This document shows positions 38,925 through 48,938 of a stretch of 64,000 nucleotides of DNA, piece after piece. A model generated the notes under the pieces. It ran no database searches. It was given only the letters and a program-made list of their open reading frames with translations, and had not been told where the DNA came from. The translations under genes and the position numbers were made by a program. Numbering within the stretch: position 1 is the stretch's first letter; each line of letters starts with the position of its first letter. The DNA comes from Alphaproteobacteria bacterium (lineage in GTDB: Bacteria > Pseudomonadota > Alphaproteobacteria > CACIAM-22H2), in NCBI GenBank assembly GCA_035457725.1, contig DATIBC010000041.1, positions 260-64,259 of the forward strand, in the 5' to 3' direction.

Positions 38925-40042
38925 GCGAACTCGGCGCGAATCTTGGCGCTGTGCTGGCCCAGCGCCGGAACATCGCCCAACGAAGGCGGTACGCCGACGA
39001 TTTGCGCCGGCGGCGCGGGAATGTCGACCGGGCCGTTCTCGGTCTCGACGCGCACCCGCCGCAATTGCGGATGGCGCGAAAAATCCGCCACCGAATTCAC
39101 CTCGCCATAGGCGATCTGGGCAGCGCGCAAGCGGGCAACGAGCTCGTTGCGATCGAGCGCACCGAAGCTCTCCTGGACTAGCGCATCGACCAAGGCGCGG
39201 TTCCTGACGCGCGCCACGTTGTCCTTGAACTCGGCGCGTGCGGCCAGCGAAGCATCGCCCAGAACCTCGGCGCACATATTCGCCCACTCGCGCTCATTCT
39301 GGATCGAGATGACGATCGGCTTGCCGTCCCTGGTCGTGAACACGCCGTAAGGGGCGACCGAGGGATGCGCAAGACCAACCCGATCCGGGGCCTTGCCGAG
39401 ATAATCATGGTGAAGCAACGGCACGGTCATCCACTCCGCCATGCCGTCGAAAAGCGAGACCTTGATCGCGCATCCCTCGCCGGTGCGGTCGCGGCGAATC
39501 AGCGCCTCGAGGATCGCCATGTAGGCGTACATGCCGGCGCCGATGTCGCAAACCGACACCCCGACGCGCCCTGGCCCTTCAGGCCGCCCGGTGACCGCGG
39601 CAAGACCGGACTCGGCTTGGACCAGGAGATCATACGATTTCATCGCTGCGTATGGGCCTTCGTCGCCATATCCCGAGATGTCGCAAGTAATGAGACGCCG
39701 GAACTCTCGCCGCAGGCCGCTCGAGCCGAAGCCAGCGCGGGCCGCCGCTCCCGGAAGCAGGTTTTGGATGAACACGTCGGCCCGCGCGATCATCCGGCGC
39801 AGCAGTGCGGCGTCGGTATCGTTCTTGATGTCGAGGACCAGCGACTCCTTGCCGCGATTGAGCCAGACGAAATAGCTGGCCAGGCCGCGCGCCGCCTGAT
39901 CGTAGCCGCGCGCGAAGTCGCCCTCGCTACGCTCGATCTTGATGACGCGCGCGCCGGCGTCGGCCAACCGCGAGGAACAGTAAGGCGCCGCCACCGCCTG
40001 TTCGAGCGACACCACCAACAATCCGTTGAAGGTGGGCGTCAT
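38921..40042 (-). CDS. family III CoA-transferase (CaiB/BaiF)
   Basis: CaiB/BaiF family signature (GLLVVSLEQAVAAPYCS..LADAGARVIKIE) and conserved Asp region. Confidence 0.8.
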   Translation of the reverse strand: MTPTFNGLLVVSLEQAVAAPYCSSRLADAGARVIKIERSEGDFARGYDQAARGLASYFVWLNRGKESLVLDIKNDTDAALLRRMIARADVFIQNLLPGAAARAGFGSSGLRREFRRLITCDISGYGDEGPYAAMKSYDLLVQAESGLAAVTGRPEGPGRVGVSVCDIGAGMYAYMAILEALIRRDRTGEGCAIKVSLFDGMAEWMTVPLLHHDYLGKAPDRVGLAHPSVAPYGVFTTRDGKPIVISIQNEREWANMCAEVLGDASLAARAEFKDNVARVRNRALVDALVQESFGALDRNELVARLRAAQIAYGEVNSVADFSRHPQLRRVRVETENGPVDIPAPPAQIVGVPPSLGDVPALGQHSAKIRAEFA

Positions 40043-40043
40043 G

Positions 40044-41204
40044 TCAGTAGGAACGCGGCAGGCCGAGCACGTGCTCGGCCAGATAGGAAAGAATCAAATT
40101 GGTCGAGATCGGTGCCACCTGGTAAAGGCGAGCTTCGCGAAACTTGCGCTCGACGTCGTATTCTTCCGCGAAGCCGAACCCGCCATGCGTCTGCAAGCAC
40201 ATATCCGCGGCCTGCCATGAGGCGTCAGCGGCCAGCAACTTCGCCATGTTCGCCTGCGGGCCGCACGGCTGTCCGGAGTCGAACCGCGCGATCGCCTCGC
40301 GAACCATCAGCGCCGCCGCCTCGCGCGCGGCGTAGGCGCGCGCGATCGGAAACTGCACGCCCTGGTTCTGTCCGATCGGTCTACCGAAGACGACACGCGA
40401 CTTGGCGTAGTCGCTCGCCTTGGCGATGAACCAGCTTGCGTCGCCGACGCATTCGGCGGCGATCAGCATCCGCTCGACGTTCATTCCATCGAGAATGTAG
40501 TGGAAGCCCTTGCCCTCCTCGCCGATCAGGTTCTCGGCTGAGATCTCAAGGTTGTCGAAGAAAACCTCGGTCGCAGCGTGATTGATCATGGCGCGGAGCG
40601 GCCGGACGGTGAGCCCCTTGCCGAGCGCCTCGCGCATGTCGACCAGGAACACCGATAGGCCGTCGGTGCGTTTGTTTGCCTTGTCGCGCGGCGTGGTGCG
40701 GGCGAGCAGCAGCATCAAGTCGGAATGCTCGGCGCGGCTGGTCCATACTTTCTGTCCGTTGACGACGTAGCGCCCTCCCTGTCGTACCGCCACCGTCCGA
40801 ATCGCCGTGGTATCGCTTCCCGCGGTCGGTTCGGTGACGCCGAACGCCTGCAGGCGCACCGCTCCCGACGCGATGAGCGGCAGCCAGCGCGATTTTTGTT
40901 CCTGACTTCCGTGCTTGAGCAGCGTCCCCATGGTGTACATTTGGGCATGGCACGCTGCCCCGTTGCCGCCAGCGGCGTGGATCTCCTCGAGAATCGTCGC
41001 CGCTGCGGCGACGCCGAGTCCGCTGCCGCCGAATTCCTCCGGAATCAACACCGCCAGCATGCCGGCGTCGGAGAGCGCCTTGACAAATTCGCTGGGATAG
41101 CGCCGATCGCGATCGAGCGCGCGCCAATACTCGCCCGGGAAGCCGGCGCAAAGCGACCTCACCGATTCGCGGATCTGCGTCAGCTCCTCCCCGTCGTGCG
41201 CCAT
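40044..41204 (-). CDS. acyl-CoA dehydrogenase
   Basis: ACAD N, middle and C domains (GVTEPTAGSD, C-terminal Q..GG.G). 2-nt gap to the CoA-transferase. Confidence 0.85.
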   Translation of the reverse strand: MAHDGEELTQIRESVRSLCAGFPGEYWRALDRDRRYPSEFVKALSDAGMLAVLIPEEFGGSGLGVAAAATILEEIHAAGGNGAACHAQMYTMGTLLKHGSQEQKSRWLPLIASGAVRLQAFGVTEPTAGSDTTAIRTVAVRQGGRYVVNGQKVWTSRAEHSDLMLLLARTTPRDKANKRTDGLSVFLVDMREALGKGLTVRPLRAMINHAATEVFFDNLEISAENLIGEEGKGFHYILDGMNVERMLIAAECVGDASWFIAKASDYAKSRVVFGRPIGQNQGVQFPIARAYAAREAAALMVREAIARFDSGQPCGPQANMAKLLAADASWQAADMCLQTHGGFGFAEEYDVERKFREARLYQVAPISTNLILSYLAEHVLGLPRSY

Positions 41205-41278
41205 GCGCTGCCTCGATTCCTGTCGATCGGCACCTTATAAACAAACTCGATGCGCATCAAATCCAAAGCGGCATCGGC

Positions 41279-41962
41279 ATGAGCGTTCGCAGCAATCACC
41301 ACGTGATCCGCGAACTTCTGCCGCTCAAGGGCAGGCGCGTGGTCGATGTCGGCTGTGGCGAGGGCGCATTGACACGATTTCTTGCCGGCGAAGGAGCGCA
41401 TGTCGTCGGCGTCGAACCTGGCCCAGCGACGATCGAAAAGGCCCGCGCCGCGCCGCCGGTCGCCGACGAGGAGTTCGTGGCCGGACTTGGCGAAAAGCTT
41501 CCATTTCCGGATGCGTCGGTCGACGCGGTCGTCTACATGAACGCGCTTCATCATGTTGCTGTCGCCGATCAGGAGGAGGCGGTGCGCGAGGCGGGGCGCG
41601 TGCTCAAGCCCGGCGGGTATTTCTTGGTGGTCGAACCGCTGGCCGAGGGGGATTATTTCGAGCTCGTCCGGACGATCGAGGACGAAACCGAGGTCCGCGC
41701 CGCGGCGTATCGCGCGCTCGGCGCGGCTGAACGCGCCGGGCTGAGCGCGGAACGCGAGTTGGTCTATGATGCCCCGGTCAAGTACGCCGATTTCTCGGCC
41801 TTCGAGGCGCGAATGAAGTCGGTCGACCCGGCGCGGGCACCGACAGTCGATCGATTTCGCGAGGATCTGAAGCGCCGCTTTGCCGCCGCGGGCAAAGCAG
41901 GCGCCGACGGTGTGCATTTTCTCCAGCCGACGCGGGCCAACCTTTTCGTCAAATCGGGCTAG
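41279..41962 (+). CDS. class I SAM-dependent methyltransferase
   Basis: Motif I VVDVGCGEG and motif post-II LKPGGYFLVVE. Confidence 0.75.
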   Translation: MSVRSNHHVIRELLPLKGRRVVDVGCGEGALTRFLAGEGAHVVGVEPGPATIEKARAAPPVADEEFVAGLGEKLPFPDASVDAVVYMNALHHVAVADQEEAVREAGRVLKPGGYFLVVEPLAEGDYFELVRTIEDETEVRAAAYRALGAAERAGLSAERELVYDAPVKYADFSAFEARMKSVDPARAPTVDRFREDLKRRFAAAGKAGADGVHFLQPTRANLFVKSG

Positions 41963-42957
41963 CCGGCGCGACGAACCAGCTCGTCGTAGAGGGCGTCGGG
42001 AATCACCAGGCCGTCGACCGCCGCCTTGGCGCGAAGCTTTAGGCGGCGTTCGCCGGGAAGCCGCGCGCCAGGTTGGGCGAGGATCGCGTTGGCCAATTCG
42101 GCGACGCGTTGAGCGAACCCGTGGCCGACGAATCGGATCGGATCGAAGATGAGGAAGAACTGGCCGACCCGCGGCGGCGGACCCTTGGCGTCGAAGAACG
42201 AGCTAGCCTCGTATCCGAACCGTGCGCCGGTCAGCGCCGCGGCGAGGATCTCGGCCATCAGCACCAATGCATATCCCTTGGCGTCGCCCATCGGCAGCAT
42301 GGTGCCTGCCAACGCCGCTTTGGCGTCGGTCGTCGGGCGGCCCTCGGCGTCGAGCGCCCAGCCTTCTGGAATCGCCTCGCCCTTTTGCGCGGCGACCATG
42401 ATCTTGCCACGCGCGACCTTCGACAGCGATAAATCGATGACCAATGGCGGAGCGCCGCGCCGCGGACAGGCGAAGGCGATTGGATTGGTGCCGAAGATCG
42501 CTCGGCGGCCACCCCAGGGCGCGATGCCCGCGGGCGAGTTGCCAAACACCAGCGCCGCCAGCCCGTCGGCGGCCAGCGGTTCGACATGATAACCGGCGGC
42601 TCCGAAATGATGCGAGTTGGTGACCGCAAGCGCGCACACGCCGGTATCGCGAACCAGTATGCGGGCCTGCGCTAGCCCCAGCGCGATCGCGGGAAAGGCA
42701 AAACCATCCGCTGCATCGACAACGAGAACCGCCGGCGCGGTCTGTCGCAGCGTCGGCGACGCCCTGCCATCGACCTTGCCGGCCACGGCCTGATCGGCGT
42801 ACGCGGGAACGCGCGACAGGCCGTGACCGGCGAGTCCGTCGGCCTCGGCGGCGACGAGCGCGCGGGCGACCGCTTCGGCGTTCTCGACCGTGGCGCCGGC
42901 GGCAACGAGCGCTCGCACCGCTAGGCCATGCGCCCGGACGAGCGACAACGCCGTCAT
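41959..42957 (-). CDS. Ldh family-2 (malate/L-lactate/sulfolactate dehydrogenase, ComC-like) oxidoreductase
   Basis: Ldh_2 family blocks (NSHHFGAAGY, GTNPIAFA). Start ATG overlaps the upstream stop (ATGA). Confidence 0.7.
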   Translation of the reverse strand: MTALSLVRAHGLAVRALVAAGATVENAEAVARALVAAEADGLAGHGLSRVPAYADQAVAGKVDGRASPTLRQTAPAVLVVDAADGFAFPAIALGLAQARILVRDTGVCALAVTNSHHFGAAGYHVEPLAADGLAALVFGNSPAGIAPWGGRRAIFGTNPIAFACPRRGAPPLVIDLSLSKVARGKIMVAAQKGEAIPEGWALDAEGRPTTDAKAALAGTMLPMGDAKGYALVLMAEILAAALTGARFGYEASSFFDAKGPPPRVGQFFLIFDPIRFVGHGFAQRVAELANAILAQPGARLPGERRLKLRAKAAVDGLVIPDALYDELVRRAG

Positions 42958-43907
42958 CGGCCACGCTCGGTGAGCGCCTTGCGGACATTCGCTACCGTCA
43001 TAGACGACACCCGGCGATTGGCTTCCTCGGTTACCCCGGCGATGTGCGGCGTCAGCCACAGCCGCGGCGCGCCGACGAAGATCGAGGCCTTGGCCAGAGG
43101 TTCGCTCGCGAACACGTCGAGCACGGCACCGCCGAGTCTGCCCTCCCTGAGCGCCGCGACAAGCGCCGCCTCGTCGACGGTGCCGCCACGCGACGTATTG
43201 ATCAGGATCGCGCCCGGTTTCATCCGCGCCAGCGCCGCGCGATCGACCAAATTGCGGGTCGAAGGCAGCAACGGTACATGCATGCTGACGACGTCGCTGG
43301 TGGCGAGCAACGTCGCAAGGTCGATCGGCGTCGACCCGAGCTCGCGCCACGCCGGATGATCGGCCGAAACGCCAGGATCGTGGGCGACGATCTCGAGCTC
43401 GAAGCCGCGGGCGCGTCGCGCCACGGCGCGCGCGATCTCGCCGAACCCGATCAAGCCGAGGCGCTTGCCGCTCGCTTCGCGAAACATGAGCTCGTTACGC
43501 GGCCATTTCCCCGCCACCACCGCCTCGCTGGCATGCCACACGTCGCGCAACCCGATAAGCATGGCGGCAATGACGTATTCCGCCACCGAGGCCGTGTTGG
43601 CGCCCGAGGCGGGAAAGACGCGGATGCCCCGCCGCGTGCACTCGTCCATGTCGATATTGTCGAGCCCGACGCCGAGACGCCCGATGACCTTGAGTTGCCG
43701 GCACGCCGTGAGCACGTCGCCGCGCACTTGGGTGCGGTTGCGCACGATCAGCGCTGGAACCTCGGCGGCGAGCGCCATGATCTCGCCCGGCTTATCGACC
43801 AATTCGGGATCGTAATAAACGCGAAAATCGCGCGCGAGATCGTCGACCGCCCATGCATCGATGAACTCGGTGATGACGATGTCATGCATGACGGACCGGG
43901 GCCTCAT
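42954..43907 (-). CDS. D-isomer-specific 2-hydroxyacid dehydrogenase (NAD-binding)
   Basis: GLIGFGEIARAVA Rossmann motif and catalytic R/E/H arrangement. Alternative start at 43889. Confidence 0.75.
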   Translation of the reverse strand: MRPRSVMHDIVITEFIDAWAVDDLARDFRVYYDPELVDKPGEIMALAAEVPALIVRNRTQVRGDVLTACRQLKVIGRLGVGLDNIDMDECTRRGIRVFPASGANTASVAEYVIAAMLIGLRDVWHASEAVVAGKWPRNELMFREASGKRLGLIGFGEIARAVARRARGFELEIVAHDPGVSADHPAWRELGSTPIDLATLLATSDVVSMHVPLLPSTRNLVDRAALARMKPGAILINTSRGGTVDEAALVAALREGRLGGAVLDVFASEPLAKASIFVGAPRLWLTPHIAGVTEEANRRVSSMTVANVRKALTERGR

Positions 43908-43989
43908 GACGCAGTGACCATTTACGCCGGCCGAGCTTCGTCCGGCGCTTTGTGTCGGTCAATGTCGTCCCGCTCGGATGGACGCATCG

Positions 43990-45714
43990 TCAGTCCGCGG
44001 CGGCGTCGCGCAGCAGCGTTTCGCCGGGCCGCACGCGCGTGAAGGCTACCGGCCGCATCTCGACGGAAGGATTGCTCCCGCTCATCTTGACGCAGGTATA
44101 AGTCGAGGTTGCAAGGTCCGATGTTGTTGGAAAGTCGTTGCGATAATGCGCGCCGCGCGAATCCTCGCGCGCCAGCGCCGCGGCGGCGATGGCACGGCTC
44201 ACCAGGATCAGGTTCTTGAGGTTGAGCCAATCGTGCCAGGTGAGATTGAACGCGAGCCCGTCGTCGGCCACGCCGATGGCGTCGAGCTCGGCATCGAGCG
44301 CTTCCAGCCTGTCGATGGCCCGCTTGAGTCCGCCGGCATCGCGCGCGATGCCGACCTCCTCCCACATGAGGTCGTGCAACGCCTCGCGCACCGCCTCGAC
44401 ATCGCCAGCGCCGCGCGTGAGCGGCGCGCGGGCGCTCTGGACCGCCTTCTCGATGGCCGCTTCGTCGGCCGCCCGCAGGCGCCCCTTCTCGGCGATCCAT
44501 TTCGCCATTGCGTCACCGGCGATGGCGCCGAAGACAGTTGAATTGGCGACCCCGTTGCCGCCAAGCCGATTGGCACCGTGGACTCCGCCTGTGTCCTCGC
44601 CGGCGGCGAACAGGCCGGGCAACTCCGTGGCGCACGATAGGTCGAAGATCACGCCGCCCATCATGTAATGCGCTGTCGGGACCACCTCGACGCGGCCGGC
44701 GGCGAGGTCGAAACCGCAGTCGGCGCAGCGCTCGACCATGCCCTTGAACTCCTTCCGCACGCGCTCGGCGCCGAGATGCGCCATCTGCAAGTACACGCCG
44801 CCCAGTTTCGTGCCGCCGCCCCGGCGAATCTGGTCGAAGATGGCGCGGCTCACCACGTCGCGGGTCGCGCGTTCGGCCCGCGGATCGTAGGCGGTCATGA
44901 ACCGCTCGCCGTTGCGGTCGAGCAGATGGCCGCCTGCGCCGCGCAGGCCCTCCTCGAGAACTGTGCCGGTCATGCGCGTGTCCGGCCCGGCTAGCAGGCC
45001 GGTGGGATGGAATTGCACCATCTCCATGTCGCGCAGCATCAGGCCGGCGCGTAGCGACATGGCCATGCCGTCGCACGATTTGTCGCCCGACGGCGTATGG
45101 TACTTGTACATCGTCGGACCGCCGCCGGTGGCGAGTAGCACGGCCTTCGCCTCGACGAAAACGAAGCTGCCGCCGCGCATGTCGATGAACAACGCCCCGG
45201 ATATCGCCTCGCCCGTCTCGCTTCTGATCAGTTCGATCGCGCGGTGATCTTCGAGACGGACGATGCCGCGCGCCCAAACCTGCTCGGCCAACCGATTGAC
45301 AATTTCGATTCCCGTCAGGTCGCCCTTGTGAACGGTGCGATCGAAGCTCTGACCGGCGAAAGCCTTCTGGTGAATCGTCCCGTCGGGATTGCGGTCGAAG
45401 AAGCAGCCGAATTCGTTCTCGAGCTCGCGGACCCGAGATTGGGCGCCGGTGACCAGCGCCCAGGCGAGATCCTGATCGTTGAGCCACTGCCCGCCCTCGA
45501 TCGTATCCATGAAATGGCGTTCGACCGAATCGCCCGGCGCCAGTGCCACGTTGTAGCCGCCCTGGACCATCCGCGTGCAGCCGCTCTTGCCGAGCAGGCC
45601 CTTGACGGCAATCGTGATCTTGAGCGCCGGGTCGGCTTGCAGCGCGTGCAGCGCGGCGAAAAGGCCCGCACCGCCGCTACCAAGGATAAGCATGTCGGTG
45701 ACAAGGCGCTTCAC
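43990..45714 (-). CDS. FAD-dependent flavoprotein of the succinate dehydrogenase / fumarate reductase / L-aspartate oxidase family
   Basis: FAD motif ILGSGGAGLFAA, active-site HPTG, C-terminal RLGGNGVANS.VFG. The covalent-FAD His position reads KSGCT (non-covalent type). GTG start overlapping the upstream stop (GTGA). Confidence 0.75.
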   Translation of the reverse strand: MKRLVTDMLILGSGGAGLFAALHALQADPALKITIAVKGLLGKSGCTRMVQGGYNVALAPGDSVERHFMDTIEGGQWLNDQDLAWALVTGAQSRVRELENEFGCFFDRNPDGTIHQKAFAGQSFDRTVHKGDLTGIEIVNRLAEQVWARGIVRLEDHRAIELIRSETGEAISGALFIDMRGGSFVFVEAKAVLLATGGGPTMYKYHTPSGDKSCDGMAMSLRAGLMLRDMEMVQFHPTGLLAGPDTRMTGTVLEEGLRGAGGHLLDRNGERFMTAYDPRAERATRDVVSRAIFDQIRRGGGTKLGGVYLQMAHLGAERVRKEFKGMVERCADCGFDLAAGRVEVVPTAHYMMGGVIFDLSCATELPGLFAAGEDTGGVHGANRLGGNGVANSTVFGAIAGDAMAKWIAEKGRLRAADEAAIEKAVQSARAPLTRGAGDVEAVREALHDLMWEEVGIARDAGGLKRAIDRLEALDAELDAIGVADDGLAFNLTWHDWLNLKNLILVSRAIAAAALAREDSRGAHYRNDFPTTSDLATSTYTCVKMSGSNPSVEMRPVAFTRVRPGETLLRDAAAD

Positions 45715-46322
45715 GCGCGAACGCCCATTTTCGCCAGCGCCGCAGCGCGCCGGCGTTGCGCGGCGGCCTTGACCGTCTCGTAGAGGCTGCCGCCGTGCGC
45801 ATCCATTGCGACAAGCAGCGGGCCGAACTCCTTGACCCGGAATTTCCACAGGCTTTCCGGATTGAGGTCATCGAGATCGACGTCGTCGATCGCATCGATC
45901 CACGTCGTCTCGAGCGCCGCGGTGCCGCCGATGACGGCGAGATAAGCGCCGCCGAAGCGAGCGAACGCCTCGGCCGATTCGGACCCCAGCCCGCCCTTGC
46001 CGATGACCAGCCGTACGCCGTACTGCGCCATCAGCGGACGCGTGAACCGCTCCATACGGGCGCTGGTCGTCGTTCCGACGCACACCGGTGCGTAGCCGGC
46101 AGGGTGGGCGGCCGACGTTTCGACCTTGCGAACGTTCGGCGCGGTGTGAATGACGGCGTGTCCGCGGAGTTCGAAGCGCGTCTTGCGGCCGCGATCGAAC
46201 ATGTGGATCAAGGTGGCGTCGCGGATTCCGAAAAGCGCGCCGTTCAGCGTCACGGTATCGTTTACCCTGAGCGCGCGCACCTCGGCCTCATCGAGCGGCG
46301 TGGCCAAATCGTGATGCGGCAT
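45711..46322 (-). CDS. Fe-S hydro-lyase beta subunit (class I fumarate hydratase / L(+)-tartrate dehydratase TtdB-like)
   Basis: 203 aa. TtdB/FumB C-terminal-domain-like (GKGG..., LVAMDAHGGSLY). Confidence 0.7.
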   Translation of the reverse strand: MPHHDLATPLDEAEVRALRVNDTVTLNGALFGIRDATLIHMFDRGRKTRFELRGHAVIHTAPNVRKVETSAAHPAGYAPVCVGTTTSARMERFTRPLMAQYGVRLVIGKGGLGSESAEAFARFGGAYLAVIGGTAALETTWIDAIDDVDLDDLNPESLWKFRVKEFGPLLVAMDAHGGSLYETVKAAAQRRRAAALAKMGVRA

Positions 46323-46325
46323 CGC

Positions 46326-47216
46326 TCAGAACCCGATTTCGACGCCTCGCGGCGTGAACAGCGCACTGGCACGGCGCGCCGAGTGGCATTGGATGTTGAC
46401 CGCGACTGGATTCATCGTGATATGCGTCGCCGCAAGCTCGACATGCACCGCGAACGCCGTGGCATCGCCGCCAAGACCCTGCGGTCCGATGCCCAGCCCG
46501 TTGACCGCCTCGCTCAGCATGCGCTCCAGCCTCGCCCCTTCGGCGTCGGCGCACACCGAGCCCAATGGTCGGGTCGACGCAACCTTGGCCAGGTGCATGC
46601 ACAGGTCGGACGTGCCGCCCACGCCCACGCCGACGATGGTCGGCGGACAGACCTTGCCTCCGGCCTCCATCACCTTGTCAATGACGAAGGTCTTGATTCC
46701 GTCGGCGCCGTCGGCCGGCACCAGCATCTTCAAGAACGATCCGTTCTCCGAGCCCGAGCCTTTCGGGATCATCTCCAGCCGCAACTCCCGCGGCCGGTCG
46801 GAGAAATCGATGTTGATCACCGGAACGCCCGGCCCGCAGCTCGTATGCGCGTTCGCGCGGGTCAACGGATGAACCACCGACGAGCGAAGCGGATAATCGC
46901 GCGTCGCCCGTTCCACGCCGCGACGGATCGCCTCTTTGAGCTGGGCCCCGTCAACCTCGACGTCGCGGCCGATCGTCACGTTGAAGATTGGGATTCCGGT
47001 GTCCTGGCACAACAAGTTGTCGGTCTTCTCGGCGACCTCGATGTTGCGCACCATCGTCGCCAGGATGGTCTTGGCGGTGGCGTCGGTTTCCGCGGCATCG
47101 AGGCGCGCGAAACCGTGCTTGACGTCGTCCGGGAGCAGCTTGAGCGCGCGGATGTATAGGAGCTTGGCGGTCTCCTCGATCGTCGACGGATCGACGCGAA
47201 GCCGCGCCGGGTTCAT
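46326..47216 (-). CDS. Fe-S hydro-lyase alpha subunit (class I fumarate hydratase / TtdA-like)
   Basis: CQDTG motif plus downstream Cys ligands. C-terminal LGIGPQGLGG block as in TtdA/FumA N-domain. ~297 aa. ATG overlaps the permease stop (ATGA). 5' ORF extension rejected. Confidence 0.7.
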   Translation of the reverse strand: MNPARLRVDPSTIEETAKLLYIRALKLLPDDVKHGFARLDAAETDATAKTILATMVRNIEVAEKTDNLLCQDTGIPIFNVTIGRDVEVDGAQLKEAIRRGVERATRDYPLRSSVVHPLTRANAHTSCGPGVPVINIDFSDRPRELRLEMIPKGSGSENGSFLKMLVPADGADGIKTFVIDKVMEAGGKVCPPTIVGVGVGGTSDLCMHLAKVASTRPLGSVCADAEGARLERMLSEAVNGLGIGPQGLGGDATAFAVHVELAATHITMNPVAVNIQCHSARRASALFTPRGVEIGF

Positions 47217-48103
47217 CGTTGCATGCCCCATTTGCGAACCGTATGCGTCTCGACCGTGCGGAACACCACGCTTTCGACCAGCAGGCCGATGATGATCACC
47301 GCGGTAAGCCCGGCGAAGACATACGCCGTTTCGAGCTGATTGCGGTTCTCGAAGATGAACCAGCCAAGCCCGCCCGAGCGCGACGAGACTCCGAACACCA
47401 GTTCGGCGGCGATGAGCGTGCGCCAAGCGAACGCCCAACCGATCTTGAGGCCGGCGAGGATCGAGGGAAAGGCGGCCGGAATCAGGATTTGAGCCACGTA
47501 GCGAATCCCTCGCAAGCCGTAATTCTGCCCCGCCATGCGCTGCGCCTCGGCGACGGCGAGGAAACCGGTATGCGTGTTGAGCGCCACCGCCCAGAGCACC
47601 GAGTGGATGATGACGAATACCAGGCTCGGGATGCCGAGGCCGAACCAAAGCAGCGCCAGCGGCAACAACGCAATCGCCGGCAACGGGTTGAACATCGCCG
47701 TCAGGGTCGACAGAAGATCGGTGCCGATGCGCGTCGAGACGGCAAGCGCGGTGAACACCGCAGCGAGGAAGATCCCGGCCGCGTAGCCCATGGTGAGAAC
47801 CTGGATCGACGTCCACACGCGCTCGAGCAACGGCCCACGCACGCTGGCGTCCCACAGCGACCAGATGGTCTCGCTGAACGAAGGGAACATCAGCGGATTG
47901 TTGATCGACCGCGAATAGCTTTCCCACAGTATCGTCAACAGCACGAGAATGAACGCGCGCCGCACAGCGGTGATGTTGGTCAGCCGCTCCCACGCCGAAA
48001 GCGGCAGCTCGACGGCGGCGATATTGGCGGCACCGACATTTTCGCGGACGAATTCCGGCCGCACCGGCGGCGACGACCGGGCGGCGGCGCTTGCCTCAGC
48101 CAT
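47213..48103 (-). CDS. ABC transporter permease (NitT/TauT family)
   Basis: Six-TM BPD_transp_1 permease with EAA-like loop. Start trimmed to a Met just upstream of the ATPase stop. Confidence 0.7.
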   Translation of the reverse strand: MAEASAAARSSPPVRPEFVRENVGAANIAAVELPLSAWERLTNITAVRRAFILVLLTILWESYSRSINNPLMFPSFSETIWSLWDASVRGPLLERVWTSIQVLTMGYAAGIFLAAVFTALAVSTRIGTDLLSTLTAMFNPLPAIALLPLALLWFGLGIPSLVFVIIHSVLWAVALNTHTGFLAVAEAQRMAGQNYGLRGIRYVAQILIPAAFPSILAGLKIGWAFAWRTLIAAELVFGVSSRSGGLGWFIFENRNQLETAYVFAGLTAVIIIGLLVESVVFRTVETHTVRKWGMQR

Positions 48104-48938
48104 GAACCTTCGACTCCTCTTCGATGCGCTCGGCGAACAGCATCGCGTGGATGCGGTTCTGGAGCGACATGAAACCCTCTCCTCCCTGCTGTGCATGGCC
48201 GAATTGATGCGCATTGAGCTCGGCACGCACGCGGCCTGGATGCGGACTCATCACAAGGATCCGCGACCCAATGACGATCGCCTCTTCGATCGAATGGGTG
48301 ACGAACAAGACGGTGAAGCGAATCTCGTCCCAAAGCTGCAGCAGCTCTTCCTGCATCTTGCGGCGCGTCAGTGCGTCGAGCGCCGCGAAGGGCTCGTCCA
48401 TCAGCAGGATATCGGGTTCCATGGCCATGGCGCGCGCGATCGCCACGCGCTGCTTCATGCCCCCCGAGAGCATGTGCGGATGGATATCGGAGAACTGGGT
48501 GAGATTGACCTTGTCGATATACGTTCGCGCGCGGGCCTCGGCCTCGCGGCGCGGATATTTTCCCGAGACGAGCATCGGAAACATCACGTTCTGCTCGACC
48601 GTTTTCCACGGCAGGAGTTGGTCGAACTCCTGGAACACCATCATGCGATCGGGCCCCGGCCGTTCGACCGGACGCCCGGCGAGACGTATCGTGCCCTCGA
48701 CCGGTTTCATGAACCCGGCGACGCCCTTGAGCAGCGTCGACTTGCCGCAGCCGGACGGACCGAGAAGGACGAAACGGTCCGCAGGATGGACCCGGAAACT
48801 TACCCGGTAGGTCGCGGTGACGAGATGATCGCGGGTCTTGTACTGCAGTGTGACGCCGTCGACCTCGAGCAATGGCGCCGCGGAATCCGTCGCCGCCGCG
48901 CCATTGCCGCCCGTTCCCGTCGCACTGGCGTCGGCCAT
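48096..48938 (-). CDS. ABC transporter ATP-binding protein (NitT/TauT family)
   Basis: Walker A GPSGCGKST, signature LSGGMKQR, Walker B ILLMDEPFAALD. Confidence 0.8.
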   Translation of the reverse strand: MADASATGTGGNGAAATDSAAPLLEVDGVTLQYKTRDHLVTATYRVSFRVHPADRFVLLGPSGCGKSTLLKGVAGFMKPVEGTIRLAGRPVERPGPDRMMVFQEFDQLLPWKTVEQNVMFPMLVSGKYPRREAEARARTYIDKVNLTQFSDIHPHMLSGGMKQRVAIARAMAMEPDILLMDEPFAALDALTRRKMQEELLQLWDEIRFTVLFVTHSIEEAIVIGSRILVMSPHPGRVRAELNAHQFGHAQQGGEGFMSLQNRIHAMLFAERIEEESKVHG

